From an archaeon (GTDB lineage Archaea; Nanobdellota; Nanobdellia; Pacearchaeales; GW2011-AR1): a DNA stretch of 64,000 bases. This document shows positions 27,131 to 37,192 of the stretch, piece after piece. The stretch spans positions 2,855 to 66,854 of the forward strand of contig JABHWZ010000009.1 of assembly GCA_018657525.1 (NCBI GenBank), given 5' to 3'. Position numbers and translations under genes: made by a program. The notes below the pieces were generated by a model. That model saw only the letters and a program-made list of their open reading frames with translations. It was not told where the DNA came from and did not search any database. Positions within the stretch are counted from its first letter, which is position 1. The number at the start of each line of letters is the position of its first letter.

Positions 27131-27868
27131 TTATGTTTTGGCTATGTTCCATAAAACTTGATGATATGCTTTAAATGAATCTGCTATTTTTTTATTTTTT
27201 ATCATAAATACAAAAGGTTTTTCTTCCCACAAGAAAATATAAACGTAATCTTCAAAAATATCCATCGCAGCTGGACTTATGTATCCTCTTGGCATGTAAC
27301 GGACTTCTGTAAATTTTTCCTTTTCTCTATCTTTCCCGAGTGTTTGTTTAGTTGATTTTTCAAGTAATACTTTTAATTTTTGTTTTTTAGTGGAGGATTT
27401 TAAATTTGTATTAATTAAAAAAGTTCTTAGCGATTCTATTGCATAAATTCCTTCAGGGAATCCAGTAATTTTTATTTCCCCCTTTTCTGGACAATCCTCA
27501 ATTATTTTACTGAATGCTGTTTTAAATCCTTCAAAACCTTCATAGACTGCCATCGTTGTTTCAGAATCTTGTTTTTTTAATTCTGATAAATCCCCAATTA
27601 TTTTTTCTATTTGTCTTTTTCTTTCTTCTTCTTTATTAAGTAAGATTTCGGGATTAGATGAGGAAAAATGTTTGCCATCTTTTTGGATGTTATATGAAAC
27701 AAATCCTTTTGAGATTAATGAATTTAAATCTTCATAAACTCTTGAATTTGCTATTTTAGTTCCTTTAATGATGGGTCCGGTTGTAGATTCTGGATGTTTT
27801 AATAAAAATAAATATATTTTGATTTGATTTTCTGTGAGTCCTAATTCTTTTAGTATTTTAGTCTCCAT
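27131..27868 (-). CDS. TrmB family transcriptional regulator
   Basis: LKELGLTENQIKIYLFLL..SRVYEDLNSLISKGFV; VYEGFEG; IADSFK. Confidence 0.9.
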   Translation of the reverse strand: METKILKELGLTENQIKIYLFLLKHPESTTGPIIKGTKIANSRVYEDLNSLISKGFVSYNIQKDGKHFSSSNPEILLNKEEERKRQIEKIIGDLSELKKQDSETTMAVYEGFEGFKTAFSKIIEDCPEKGEIKITGFPEGIYAIESLRTFLINTNLKSSTKKQKLKVLLEKSTKQTLGKDREKEKFTEVRYMPRGYISPAAMDIFEDYVYIFLWEEKPFVFMIKNKKIADSFKAYHQVLWNIAKT

Positions 27869-27953
27869 GTTGTAATAATGTACTTTTGTATTATAAATCT
27901 TTCTCCTTTATGGGAGAAAGATAGTTTAAAAGGAAAATTAAGAGAAACATCTT

Positions 27954-28301
27954 ATGGGAAATATTTTAGAAAAATTGTTTGGAAAGAGACTTTTTTTTAG
28001 TAGTCGGAACAGGCAATTGAAAGAGCAAGGATTTCGTTTTTATAAGGAGGGAAAATTAATTTTAACTTCAGGAAACTTTGTTGAGGGGGAATGGAATCAA
28101 GATGCGGTATCAAAGATTGGAACAGATCTCCCTGTCTTATTAAATGTTCCTTGGCAAGGAAGTTGCTCGAATGCGAATATAGAAGATGTTGTCATATGTT
28201 TTGGAAAATTGAAACGAATTCAAGATGAGGTATCAGACGAACATCCTGAGATTAAGAAATATGAAAGGGAGTATGTGGTCTATTGGAGGGATGGAAGTTA
28301 A
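27954..28301 (+). CDS. Hypothetical protein
   Basis: 115-aa ORF after a TATA-like box. Confidence 0.55.
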   Translation: MGNILEKLFGKRLFFSSRNRQLKEQGFRFYKEGKLILTSGNFVEGEWNQDAVSKIGTDLPVLLNVPWQGSCSNANIEDVVICFGKLKRIQDEVSDEHPEIKKYEREYVVYWRDGS

Positions 28302-28302
28302 A

Positions 28303-28755
28303 ATGGCATTGATTATAAGTTTAGAAGATAGCGAAGAAGGATTAATAGGAATAGCTCGGGATGGAAAAAGAGTTCATTTGGGGGTCCCATTCTCTTATTC
28401 CACTACTCGTAATTTAAAAACTTTAGATTATTCCGTTTCCTTGAGAAGAGGAAGAGAAGAAGCAATTAAATTTGAAGAACATTTAGATTCAGTTTCTGGA
28501 GGATATATTTATTTTAATAAAGATGATGTTAAATGTGTTTGTTATCACCAGGAGGATATTCCTTTAAGACGTTGGTTTTTAGATAAAAAATTTCTTAGAA
28601 ATATTAGTGTTCATTTCACATATCTTCAATTTGAAGGTAAAAAAGAAGAAGCATTTCAAGATTCTTCTCGAGATGTTTATTACGAAAAGATTAACTTTAA
28701 TGAAAGGAGAATTAAGATCCATAGAGTTGAGAGGAAAGATGATGAAACAATCTAA
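28303..28755 (+). CDS. Hypothetical protein
   Basis: ORF; probable start MALII directly after the previous stop. Confidence 0.55.
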   Translation: MALIISLEDSEEGLIGIARDGKRVHLGVPFSYSTTRNLKTLDYSVSLRRGREEAIKFEEHLDSVSGGYIYFNKDDVKCVCYHQEDIPLRRWFLDKKFLRNISVHFTYLQFEGKKEEAFQDSSRDVYYEKINFNERRIKIHRVERKDDETI

Positions 28756-28990
28756 TCTTTCGCAAATATTATTTCACGGAGTTTTTTTAGCCGCTTGGTT
28801 TAGGGTTATTATTTATGGGGGAGATAAATGAGTTTGAAATGTTTTCTTGTCCGGAGAGGTATCTTGTAGGTTATTCTTTATTTGATTTAAATTGCGATGG
28901 TTTTATAGACTCTAAAGAAATTAAGAAAATGCCCTTTGAAACTTTTATCCCCTCCGCTCTTAGTTTTAATAGAAATCATAGAAATTATTG

Positions 28991-29512
28991 TTATGTCTTA
29001 ATCCAATCGACTTCATAGTAACTTACTTTTCCTTCGTGATCTACTATTGCAATGAGAAGTTTCTTTTTTGTGGAATGTGCAACTCTATTTTTTGCAGTGA
29101 ATTCGTGCCAAGTTAATTTTCCTGTTTCTGAATCCACAAAGACAATCCATTTGGCGTGAGATTGTCCTGGTTTTTTTCCTTTACCATAAACTCTAAAATC
29201 TGCTCCAAATTTTAATGCGGTTTTTACAATGTGCCCTTTTTCTCGTAGATCTTCAAAGACTTCGTATTTTAGATTAAATCTTTTATCTATTTTTTGCAAT
29301 TTTTTTTGCAATTCTTGTTCACTTAGTTGTTTGTTTTGTTGTAAAACTTCCAGTTTATTTTGATTGACTAAGAAGAGAGTTTCAACTAGGGAATATTGGA
29401 TTTTGTCTCTTACTCTTTCTCCAAATCTCGATTTGTCGTGCAATTGATATGCCAATGAATCGTTGGTTGATATAATGTGCCCTACAATGTGTGCTTGAAT
29501 TTTGTTTGTCAT
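28991..29512 (-). CDS. endA: tRNA-intron endonuclease (single-domain subunit)
   Basis: VFEDLREKG..KTALKFGADFRVY..HAKW..RVAHSTKKKL with catalytic Y/H/K. Confidence 0.93.
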   Translation of the reverse strand: MTNKIQAHIVGHIISTNDSLAYQLHDKSRFGERVRDKIQYSLVETLFLVNQNKLEVLQQNKQLSEQELQKKLQKIDKRFNLKYEVFEDLREKGHIVKTALKFGADFRVYGKGKKPGQSHAKWIVFVDSETGKLTWHEFTAKNRVAHSTKKKLLIAIVDHEGKVSYYEVDWIKT

Positions 29513-29646
29513 GGTTATTTTAGTTTATAGTAATATTTAAAAATATGCTTTTTCTTTTATTTTTATGATAGTTAATAATAAATTACTTAATGTAGAATTA
29601 TTATTAGCTGGACTTCTCTTACTCTTATAAAAGAGTCATTTTGAAA

Positions 29647-29847
29647 ATGGCGAATACATCAATATCTTATACTGAAATAGGAATGCGTTGTGAATTTAAG
29701 GGCAGTGCAACTATACATACTAATGATCCTAAAAGACTTTTAGATTTATTGGATTTAATTCCAGAAAAAAAAACTTTAAAGATAGAATTTTTAGATTATA
29801 AGCGTGGAGAGAATTTTGTTTCTGTTTGGAGAAATTATCAAAAATAA
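29647..29847 (+). CDS. Hypothetical protein
   Basis: Short ORF upstream of leuS. Confidence 0.4.
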   Translation: MANTSISYTEIGMRCEFKGSATIHTNDPKRLLDLLDLIPEKKTLKIEFLDYKRGENFVSVWRNYQK

Positions 29848-29874
29848 TATAAACTTGATTTTGTATAAAATAAA

Positions 29875-32544
29875 ATGGTAGAAATTAATTTTGCAAAGAT
29901 AGAAAAGAAATGGCAGAAAAAGTGGGAACAGAGAAAGATTTTTGAGGTAAATAGGGAAGAGGGGAAAAAGAAATTTTTTATGATTTTTGCATATCCCGGT
30001 ATTTCTGGATATCAGCACGTTGGGCATATGCGAGGATATTCCTATACAGACATTGTTTGTAGATATAAACGGATGAGTGGGTTCAATATAATGTTTCCTG
30101 CTGGAACACATGCATCTGGAAATCAAGCAATTGCTTTTGCCAATAAAGTTAAACATGGAGATAAAACTTGGATTGAATATTTGAGAATGAATGGATGTTC
30201 AGACAAAATTATTAAAACTTTAATTACGCCGGAAAAAATTGTTAAATATTTTAATAAAGTTTATGGGGATTTTTGGAAAAGATTCGGATTTTCATATGAT
30301 GAAAGAAGATTCACTTCAACTATTTATCCAGATTATCAAAAGTTTATTCAATGGCAATTTAAAAAGTTGAAGGATAATAATTTACTTGTGCAAAAACCGT
30401 ATTTTGCAACTGCTTGTCCAAATTGTGGTCCGGTTGCGGTAGATGCTTCTGAGACAGATATTTCTCAAGGAGGAAATGCAGAAAAGCAAGATTTTATCTG
30501 GATAAAATTCAAAGTTAAAGATTCAGATTTGATTTTGATGGCTGGAACAACAAGACCTGATGCTCTTTATGGGCAGACTCATCTTTGGATTGATCCTAAA
30601 GGAAAATATGTTGTAGTGCAAGTCGGTGGTGAAAAATGGGTGGTTGGGAAGGAGGTGGTCGAGAAAATTAAATATCAGTATAAGGATTATAAAATAATTA
30701 GGGATATTAATCCTAAAGAATTAATGGGGCAATGGGCTCGAGGTCCGTTGGTGGATTATGATACTTATATTGTGCCTGCCTGGTTCATTGATTCTGGTGT
30801 TGGTTCTGGGATTGTTTATTCTGCATTGGAAGATCCGGTTGATTTATTTGAATTAAAAAAAATACATTCAAATATGAAAATGTTAGATAGGTTTGCTTTA
30901 GATAAAAAAGTTATCGCTAAATTAAAACCAATTCCTATAATTTCTGTTTCTGGAATGGGGGATAATCTGGGGGAAGATATTGGAAAAGAATTTGGTATTA
31001 AATCTCCTGATGAAAAAGAGAAAGTTGAATTAGCAAAAGGAGAATTGAATAAACGAGTTTTTAGGAAAGGAGTCATGAAGCAAAACTGTGGGGCATGTGC
31101 TGGAATGAGTGTTCCTGATTGCCAAGAATATTTGAAAGAACATTTAGTTAAGGATAGGGAGGCAGTTATGTTTTATGAATTAAGTGAAGAAGTTATTTGT
31201 AGATGTAAAGAGAAAGTTGTTATTAAGAGAATTGATGATCAGTGGTTTATTAAATATTCAGATAAAAAATTAACTGAAGAAAGCAAAAAGCATACAGATA
31301 CTATGTCAATTTTTCCTAAACAATATAAGAAGAATATTTCTGGAGTTTTAGATTGGTTCCAAGATAGGGCTTGTGCAAGATTAGGAAATTGGATTGGAAC
31401 AAAATTAGAATTTGATAAAAAATGGACTGTCGAACCAATTTCAGATTCAACTCTTTACCCAATATATTATCTTGTTTCATTATATTATAATCAAGGTAAG
31501 ATTAAGTTGGAGGAAATGGATGAGTCTTTTTTTGATTATGTTTATCTTGGGAAGGGAAAGGCTAAAAATAAAACTTGGGATGAGATAAAAAAGGAGGTTG
31601 AATATTGGTATCCATTGGATGTTAATCTTGGAGGGAAAGAACATCAGACTGTTCATTTTCCGGTGTTTGTTATGAATCATGTGGGGATTTTACCGAAGAG
31701 AATGTGGCCGAAAGGAATTTTTGTGAATTATTGGGTTCTTGGAAAAGGTTCTAAAATTTCTAAATCAAAAGGGGGAGCTCAACCTATTCCTGAAGCAATT
31801 AAGAATTTTGGGGTAGATGCGATGCGTCTTTATTATTCTCATATTGCGAGTCCAGAGGTGGATGTTATTTGGGATGAAAAAATTGTAGCAGATTATAAAA
31901 AAAATTTAGAAAAAATTTATAATTTAATTATGAAAGCTTCTGAAAAAAAAGGAAAGGGAAAGAGTAAGAAGGAAGATCTACTTCTTTTTGAATTAAATAA
32001 GGAATTGAAAGTTATTGGAGAATCAATTTCTAGTTTTGATTTAAGAACTGCTGCTAATTCTGCATTTTTTTTATTGTTTGGAAAGTTGAAAAAATATTTG
32101 CAAAGCGGAGGAGAAAATCATGAAATAATCAAAGAATTTTTATCTTCTTGGCTTCGGGTTATGGCGCCTTTTTGTCCGCATATAATTGAAGAATTATGGG
32201 AGAAAATTGGTAATAAAGATTTTGTTTCAATTTCAGAGTGGCCCAAATTTGATGATAAAAAAATTAATAAAAATTTCGGTAAGAAAGAAAATTTATCTGA
32301 TAAATTAGTTGAAGATGTTCTGATGGTAGTTAATTTGGTTAAAGAAAAAGGGCAAAAAGTTAGTAAAATATATGTTTATGTAATGCCTCAAGAAAAAAAT
32401 AATTTTATTAAAAGTTTAGAAGTAATTAAAAAAAGAGTGGGAATTGATCTTGATATTTTTGCAGTTAATGATCAGAAAAAATATGATCCAGAAAATAAAT
32501 CTAAAAATGCGAAGCCAGGTAAGCCAGGCATTTATTTAGAGTAA
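29875..32544 (+). CDS. leuS: Leucine--tRNA ligase (archaeal type)
   Basis: HVGH, TTRPD editing-domain motif, DWFQDRACAR, EPISDST, GKEH, KISKSKG, KNAKPGKPGIYLE. Confidence 0.95.
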   Translation: MVEINFAKIEKKWQKKWEQRKIFEVNREEGKKKFFMIFAYPGISGYQHVGHMRGYSYTDIVCRYKRMSGFNIMFPAGTHASGNQAIAFANKVKHGDKTWIEYLRMNGCSDKIIKTLITPEKIVKYFNKVYGDFWKRFGFSYDERRFTSTIYPDYQKFIQWQFKKLKDNNLLVQKPYFATACPNCGPVAVDASETDISQGGNAEKQDFIWIKFKVKDSDLILMAGTTRPDALYGQTHLWIDPKGKYVVVQVGGEKWVVGKEVVEKIKYQYKDYKIIRDINPKELMGQWARGPLVDYDTYIVPAWFIDSGVGSGIVYSALEDPVDLFELKKIHSNMKMLDRFALDKKVIAKLKPIPIISVSGMGDNLGEDIGKEFGIKSPDEKEKVELAKGELNKRVFRKGVMKQNCGACAGMSVPDCQEYLKEHLVKDREAVMFYELSEEVICRCKEKVVIKRIDDQWFIKYSDKKLTEESKKHTDTMSIFPKQYKKNISGVLDWFQDRACARLGNWIGTKLEFDKKWTVEPISDSTLYPIYYLVSLYYNQGKIKLEEMDESFFDYVYLGKGKAKNKTWDEIKKEVEYWYPLDVNLGGKEHQTVHFPVFVMNHVGILPKRMWPKGIFVNYWVLGKGSKISKSKGGAQPIPEAIKNFGVDAMRLYYSHIASPEVDVIWDEKIVADYKKNLEKIYNLIMKASEKKGKGKSKKEDLLLFELNKELKVIGESISSFDLRTAANSAFFLLFGKLKKYLQSGGENHEIIKEFLSSWLRVMAPFCPHIIEELWEKIGNKDFVSISEWPKFDDKKINKNFGKKENLSDKLVEDVLMVVNLVKEKGQKVSKIYVYVMPQEKNNFIKSLEVIKKRVGIDLDIFAVNDQKKYDPENKSKNAKPGKPGIYLE

Positions 32545-32654
32545 GATTTAAATAGTTTTAAGATTTTATTTTAAAGTGACCTAAAACGAAAGATAAATTA
32601 TTTTCAAATTACGATTTTACACATTATAAATTTCCAACTTCTGTGTATAATGTG

Positions 32655-32957
32655 ATGCAAATATTAGAGATTGGAGAACATCGTTGGTTTTTTGGAGAGA
32701 GGGTGCATCATCAAGTTTCTTTAGAGGAAGCTGCTATTGATTGGGTGATTCATCAGGATGTGGATGGTTTAACTGAAGCTGAAAAGGTTCATAAAAGATT
32801 TATGGGTAATTTTTATGAAATTGAAGGGTATTGTCAAGTTCATTGTGGGGGGTTTGAACGTTGCAAGGGTTGTAAAAATTGTCCTTTAGATCTTGAGACG
32901 GTTCATAGGTTGTTGCATGATGATCCAAAAGAAATAGAAAATAAAAAAATTAATTAA
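32655..32957 (+). CDS. Hypothetical Cys-rich protein
   Basis: EHRWF..VSLEEAAIDW; C-terminal Cys cluster. Confidence 0.6.
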   Translation: MQILEIGEHRWFFGERVHHQVSLEEAAIDWVIHQDVDGLTEAEKVHKRFMGNFYEIEGYCQVHCGGFERCKGCKNCPLDLETVHRLLHDDPKEIENKKIN

Positions 32958-32958
32958 C

Positions 32959-33096
32959 TTATTCTCTTTTCATTATTGTGTGCCCGCATTCAGAGCATTT
33001 CCATTTTTCGAAAACATCTTCTTTGTACGAAAAAGGTAATAAGTACCCTTTATCACATTTAGGACATTTTGGAAAAATACAGTTATCTTCGGTCAT
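32959..33096 (-). CDS. Small zinc-ribbon protein (45 aa, absent from ORF track)
   Basis: MTEDNCIFPKCPKCDKGYLLPFSYKEDVFEKWKCSECGHTIMKRE; GGAGG SD. Confidence 0.75.
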   Translation of the reverse strand: MTEDNCIFPKCPKCDKGYLLPFSYKEDVFEKWKCSECGHTIMKRE

Positions 33097-33117
33097 TTTA
33101 TTTTCCTCCATTGTTAT

Positions 33118-34860
33118 TTATTTTAAAATTGCTTTGATTCTTCTAACGCCCGCACTTGAAGATTCTTCTTTTTTGATTTTGAAAGTTTCTAATTCCGATG
33201 TGTTTTTTGCGTGAGGTCCGGCACATATTTCTTTTGAGAAATTTCCTATTGAATATACTTTAACTTTTTCTTTGTATTTGTCGTCGAAGATTCCTTGAGC
33301 TCCAGATTTTTGAGCTTTATCTAATGGCATCTCTTCCATTTCTATTGGGATTTTTTCTTGGATTTTTTTGTTTACTAAATCTTCTATTTTTTGTTTTTCT
33401 TCATCTGTTAGTTTTCTATCAAAATTAAAATCAAATCGTAGCCTTTCGGGGGTTATATTCGAGCCCTTTTGGTGGATGTCTGGGTTTTTGAGGATTACTC
33501 GTAGGGCTTCATTCAACATATGACAGGCGGTATGGAGCTTTTTTGTCTGTTCTGAATTGTCTGCTAAACCAGATTTAAATTTTCCTGCTGAAGCTGTCCT
33601 TGAAAGTTCTTCATGGCTTTTACATTCTTTTTTGAATCCTGTTTCGTCAACTTTTATTTTTTGTTCTTTTGCTAATTCAATAGTCATTTCAATGGGGAAC
33701 CCGTAGGATTGATAGAGTAAAAAAGCATCTTTACAACTTATCTCTTTTTTATTTTTAGTTATTTTTTCAAAAATTTTAAGTCCTTTTTCTAAAGTTTTTT
33801 CGAATTTGTCTTCTTCTTGTTTGAGTTCTTTTAATATTTGTTTTTTATTTTTTTCTAAGTGTTTATAATCGTTGTAAATTTTAAAAATTGGTTTTGCTAT
33901 TTTTGAGATTGATTCTTTTATTTCTAATTCTTTTTTGAATTTGATTGCTCTTCGAATTAATCTTCTAACAACATATCCTTGTTCTGAATTTCCTGGAATT
34001 ATTCCATCTGCGATAATGAATGTTGCTGCTTTGATATGGTCTGCGATAATTCGCATCTCTTTTTTGTAATCTTCGTATTTTTTATTGGATAGTTGTTCTA
34101 TTTTTTGGATTATTTGTTTGAAAGCTTCAGTCATATAATTATCATTATGGCCCTCTAAGATTGCCAACATTCTTTCAAAACCTCCTCCATAATCCACATT
34201 TTTTTGTTTTAGTGGAAGAAGATTTCCTTTTGAATCCTTGTTGTATTCCATAAATACATTATTTCCTAACTCCATCCAATTTTCGTTTTTATAATCAAAA
34301 GTTTTTGGAACGGGTTTTTCTGAAATCCAATAAAATATTTCTGAATCTGGACCACAAGGACCTGTTTTTCCTGCGGGGCCCCACCAGTTTTCATTTTTAT
34401 CTAAAATTGCTATTCTTTCTTCAGGTAGTCCTAATTCGAGTAGAATACTATATGATTCTTTATCTTTCGGAGAGGTGGAATTTCCTTCAAATATACTTGC
34501 CGCCAATTTATTCAAGGGAATTTTTAGAGATGCTGTTAAAAATTCAAAAGTGTATTTTATTGCATCTGTTTTCCCATAATCTCCTATGCTCCAGTTTCCC
34601 ATTTGTTCAAAAAATGTGTGATGTTTTATATCTCCAACTTCTCCAATATCTACTGTTCTGATGCATCTTTGAATATTTACTAGTCTTTTTCCTTGAGGGT
34701 GTTTTTCTCCGAGGAGGAATGGAACTAATGGATGCATTCCAGCGGTTGTAAAAAGAACTGTTGGGTCGTTTTCTGGAATTAGACTTGCATTTTGAATTTC
34801 TTTGTGGTCTTTTGATTTGAAGAATTCAATGTATTTTTTGATTAATTGTTTTCGGTTCAT
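33118..34860 (-). CDS. alaS: Alanine--tRNA ligase, compact form (580 aa, no C-Ala domain)
   Basis: LFTTAGMHP, HHTFFEQMGNWS, GPCGPDSE, GFERM, RIIADH, LYQSYGFP, HTACH..CAGPH, GVRRIKA. Confidence 0.96.
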   Translation of the reverse strand: MNRKQLIKKYIEFFKSKDHKEIQNASLIPENDPTVLFTTAGMHPLVPFLLGEKHPQGKRLVNIQRCIRTVDIGEVGDIKHHTFFEQMGNWSIGDYGKTDAIKYTFEFLTASLKIPLNKLAASIFEGNSTSPKDKESYSILLELGLPEERIAILDKNENWWGPAGKTGPCGPDSEIFYWISEKPVPKTFDYKNENWMELGNNVFMEYNKDSKGNLLPLKQKNVDYGGGFERMLAILEGHNDNYMTEAFKQIIQKIEQLSNKKYEDYKKEMRIIADHIKAATFIIADGIIPGNSEQGYVVRRLIRRAIKFKKELEIKESISKIAKPIFKIYNDYKHLEKNKKQILKELKQEEDKFEKTLEKGLKIFEKITKNKKEISCKDAFLLYQSYGFPIEMTIELAKEQKIKVDETGFKKECKSHEELSRTASAGKFKSGLADNSEQTKKLHTACHMLNEALRVILKNPDIHQKGSNITPERLRFDFNFDRKLTDEEKQKIEDLVNKKIQEKIPIEMEEMPLDKAQKSGAQGIFDDKYKEKVKVYSIGNFSKEICAGPHAKNTSELETFKIKKEESSSAGVRRIKAILK

Positions 34861-34954
34861 GAAATTATAGACGAAAGTGGAGTTTTAAAATTATTTGGTT
34901 TATGAGTTTTTTCTAAAACAAAATGTTTATAAGAGATCATTTATGTCTGTTTTT

Positions 34955-35200
34955 ATGGCATGGAAAATATCCTTACAAGAATTGGCTAAGAAACGAGTTA
35001 AAATAAATAATCTTGATAGAATGCCCGATCTTGAATCTAATGTTCTGGAATTACGTATTGCTGCGATCAGTGATGATTTTCGTTTAGCGAGTTATTATAT
35101 TTGGAATAAACAAAAGGAAGAAGTCGTTGGAAGATTGGTGCCCAACATTAACTGGAAGTTGGATGAATACCTAGGACATGATTATACGATTTCTGAATAA
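34955..35200 (+). CDS. Hypothetical protein
   Basis: ORF after a TATA-like box; start uncertain. Confidence 0.5.
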   Translation: MAWKISLQELAKKRVKINNLDRMPDLESNVLELRIAAISDDFRLASYYIWNKQKEEVVGRLVPNINWKLDEYLGHDYTISE

Positions 35201-35202
35201 TT

Positions 35203-35586
35203 TTATTCTGCGAGTTCTCTTAATTTTCCTTGAATTTCTTCGAGTTGTGATTCTAATGTGGAATCATATTTTTGTGTTTTTACTTTACTTATTTTTTCCT
35301 CAATTTTTTCTAACTCTTCGACGGATTCTAAATGATGTTCTTTGAGAATTTGAGGTATTTTTATTTTAGGAAGAGTTCGTTCTAGTTGTTTTAAATTTTT
35401 TACTATTTCCTTAATTCGAGTATAGACTTTTGATTTAGATTTTAGTTCTTCAATTCTTAATGGATGATATCTTTTTATTGTTTGGAGAATTGTTAATAGA
35501 TTTGCTTCTAGAGAAAGAATATCTTTTTTAGATTGAACTGCTTCTTCGTATTCAAGCTTTACATGAATTAATTTTTCTTCTGCCAT
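35203..35586 (-). CDS. Coiled-coil hypothetical protein
   Basis: LIHVKLEYEEA strand then heptad repeats; LESQLEEIQGKL. Confidence 0.7.
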   Translation of the reverse strand: MAEEKLIHVKLEYEEAVQSKKDILSLEANLLTILQTIKRYHPLRIEELKSKSKVYTRIKEIVKNLKQLERTLPKIKIPQILKEHHLESVEELEKIEEKISKVKTQKYDSTLESQLEEIQGKLRELAE

Positions 35587-35597
35587 TTTTGTTTTTA

Positions 35598-35638
35598 ACA
35601 CTGCTTAGTGTGCCCTTCTTTGTGGTTTGCTTGGGCAA
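35598..35638. repeat. 41-bp family B repeat
   Basis: ACACTGCTTAGTGTGCCCTTCTTTGTGGTTTGCTTGGGCAA aligns gap-free with 6936-6976 and 58081-58121. Confidence 0.85.
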
Positions 35639-35684
35639 TTTTAATTCTTTTTGGGACTTGTTATATTTTATAAGAATTAAAAAT

Positions 35685-36248
35685 TTATTCTATTTTTGAA
35701 AATATATCTTCATCAATTTTTTCAATTTGATTTTTAAGATTTTGAATTTCCTCTTCCCAGAGAGTTAATTCATTTTCTTCTTCTTCTTTTATTTTTCTTA
35801 TATCTTGTAACATTTTTGCAACTTCAGAAATTCTCTCTTTTGTTTTTTCAAAAATCTTTAAACTTTCTTCAAATTTATCAATCCGGATAAATATTGGTTC
35901 GTTTCTAACTCTTTTAATTGCTTCAGTAAATTCCGAAGGGATATTTCTTTTAGGTATTATTTCCTCGTGAGTTTTTATTTCTCTAGTAAGAGGGCGTGTT
36001 GGAAGTGTCGGCATCATTTGGGGTTCCTCCTCATCAACTTCTTCTTCCACCTCTTTTTCTCCAGATACGGCTTCTTTAATCATGTTTTGAGAAAATCTTT
36101 CTCCAAGGGCATTTGATGGAAGGCTTGGGAGTGGGGGTAATTTTTCATTGTTTATTTCTCTAGAAGGAATTTTGGGCAATTCAGTTATTTTTGGGAGCTC
36201 TGGCAGTCTTGGAACACCCTCATCATCGTCTTTTGTAAACCATCCCAT
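35685..36248 (-). CDS. Pro-rich linker plus coiled-coil hypothetical protein
   Basis: MGWF start, LPELP repeats, PIFIRIDKF followed by coiled coil. Confidence 0.7.
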   Translation of the reverse strand: MGWFTKDDDEGVPRLPELPKITELPKIPSREINNEKLPPLPSLPSNALGERFSQNMIKEAVSGEKEVEEEVDEEEPQMMPTLPTRPLTREIKTHEEIIPKRNIPSEFTEAIKRVRNEPIFIRIDKFEESLKIFEKTKERISEVAKMLQDIRKIKEEEENELTLWEEEIQNLKNQIEKIDEDIFSKIE

Positions 36249-36357
36249 TTTTTTATTGTATCTTTCGATGTATATAACAAATCATATAGGTTTAAAAACT
36301 TTTATTTTTTAAATATAGTACCGAAAAGTATTTATTTGGTGATTATGGAATATTAAA

Positions 36358-37191
36358 ATGTCAAAAGAATTAATTAGAGAAATTGTTGTGAATGTCGTCG
36401 GGAAACAAGCAGAGCCAATTGCAGATTTATTAAATAGTAAAAAACATGTTAATGAATTTAATTTGGCTAAAAAATTGGAGATTACAATTAATCAAACTAG
36501 AAATCTTTTATATAAACTTTCAGATCAAGGCTTAGTTTCTTCTATAAGAAAAAAAGATAAGAAAAAAGGATGGTATACTTACTTTTGGAAAATTGAGAAT
36601 CTTAAGGCTTTTGAATTTTTGAAAGGGTTACTTGATCAACGGACTAATCAGATTAATGCGCAAATTGCAAGTCGTGAGAAGAATCAGTTTTATGTTTGTG
36701 AACGGTGTAACTTGGAGTATAAGGAGGAGAATGCTTTGTTTATGGATTTTACATGCGATGAATGTGGGGAAATTTTTAAGGTGAAGGATAATTCTAAATT
36801 GGTTCGTGCGTTGCAGAGAAATCTTAAGTCTATCGACGGGGAAATGAAATTAGTGGAAATAGAAATTCAAAAAGAAAGAGATAAAATTGAAAAACAGAGA
36901 ATAAGAAAGGATAAAAAAGAAAAAGCAGAGAAGACTAGAATTAGGAAGGAGAAAGCTGCAATACGGAAGGCAATTAGAGATAAAGAAAAGAAGAAAGCAG
37001 GGTTTAAGAAAACAGTAAAGAAAAAAGTAGCTAAGAAAAAAGGCAAGAAAAAAGCTGTGAAAAGAAAAGTTAAAAAATTAGCAAAGAAGAAAAAAGTAGT
37101 TAAGAAAGTAATTAAAAAGAAATCTAAGCGTCAAAAGGCATCATCCAATACCCTAAAGGGCACGAGAGTACGGAGTTCTGGACGTAAATAA
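36358..37191 (+). CDS. tfe: Transcription factor E (TFE alpha) with long Lys-rich tail
   Basis: Winged helix (INQTRNLLYKL..GWYTYFW), zinc ribbon CERC..FTCDECG. Confidence 0.9.
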   Translation: MSKELIREIVVNVVGKQAEPIADLLNSKKHVNEFNLAKKLEITINQTRNLLYKLSDQGLVSSIRKKDKKKGWYTYFWKIENLKAFEFLKGLLDQRTNQINAQIASREKNQFYVCERCNLEYKEENALFMDFTCDECGEIFKVKDNSKLVRALQRNLKSIDGEMKLVEIEIQKERDKIEKQRIRKDKKEKAEKTRIRKEKAAIRKAIRDKEKKKAGFKKTVKKKVAKKKGKKKAVKRKVKKLAKKKKVVKKVIKKKSKRQKASSNTLKGTRVRSSGRK

Positions 37192-37192
37192 A

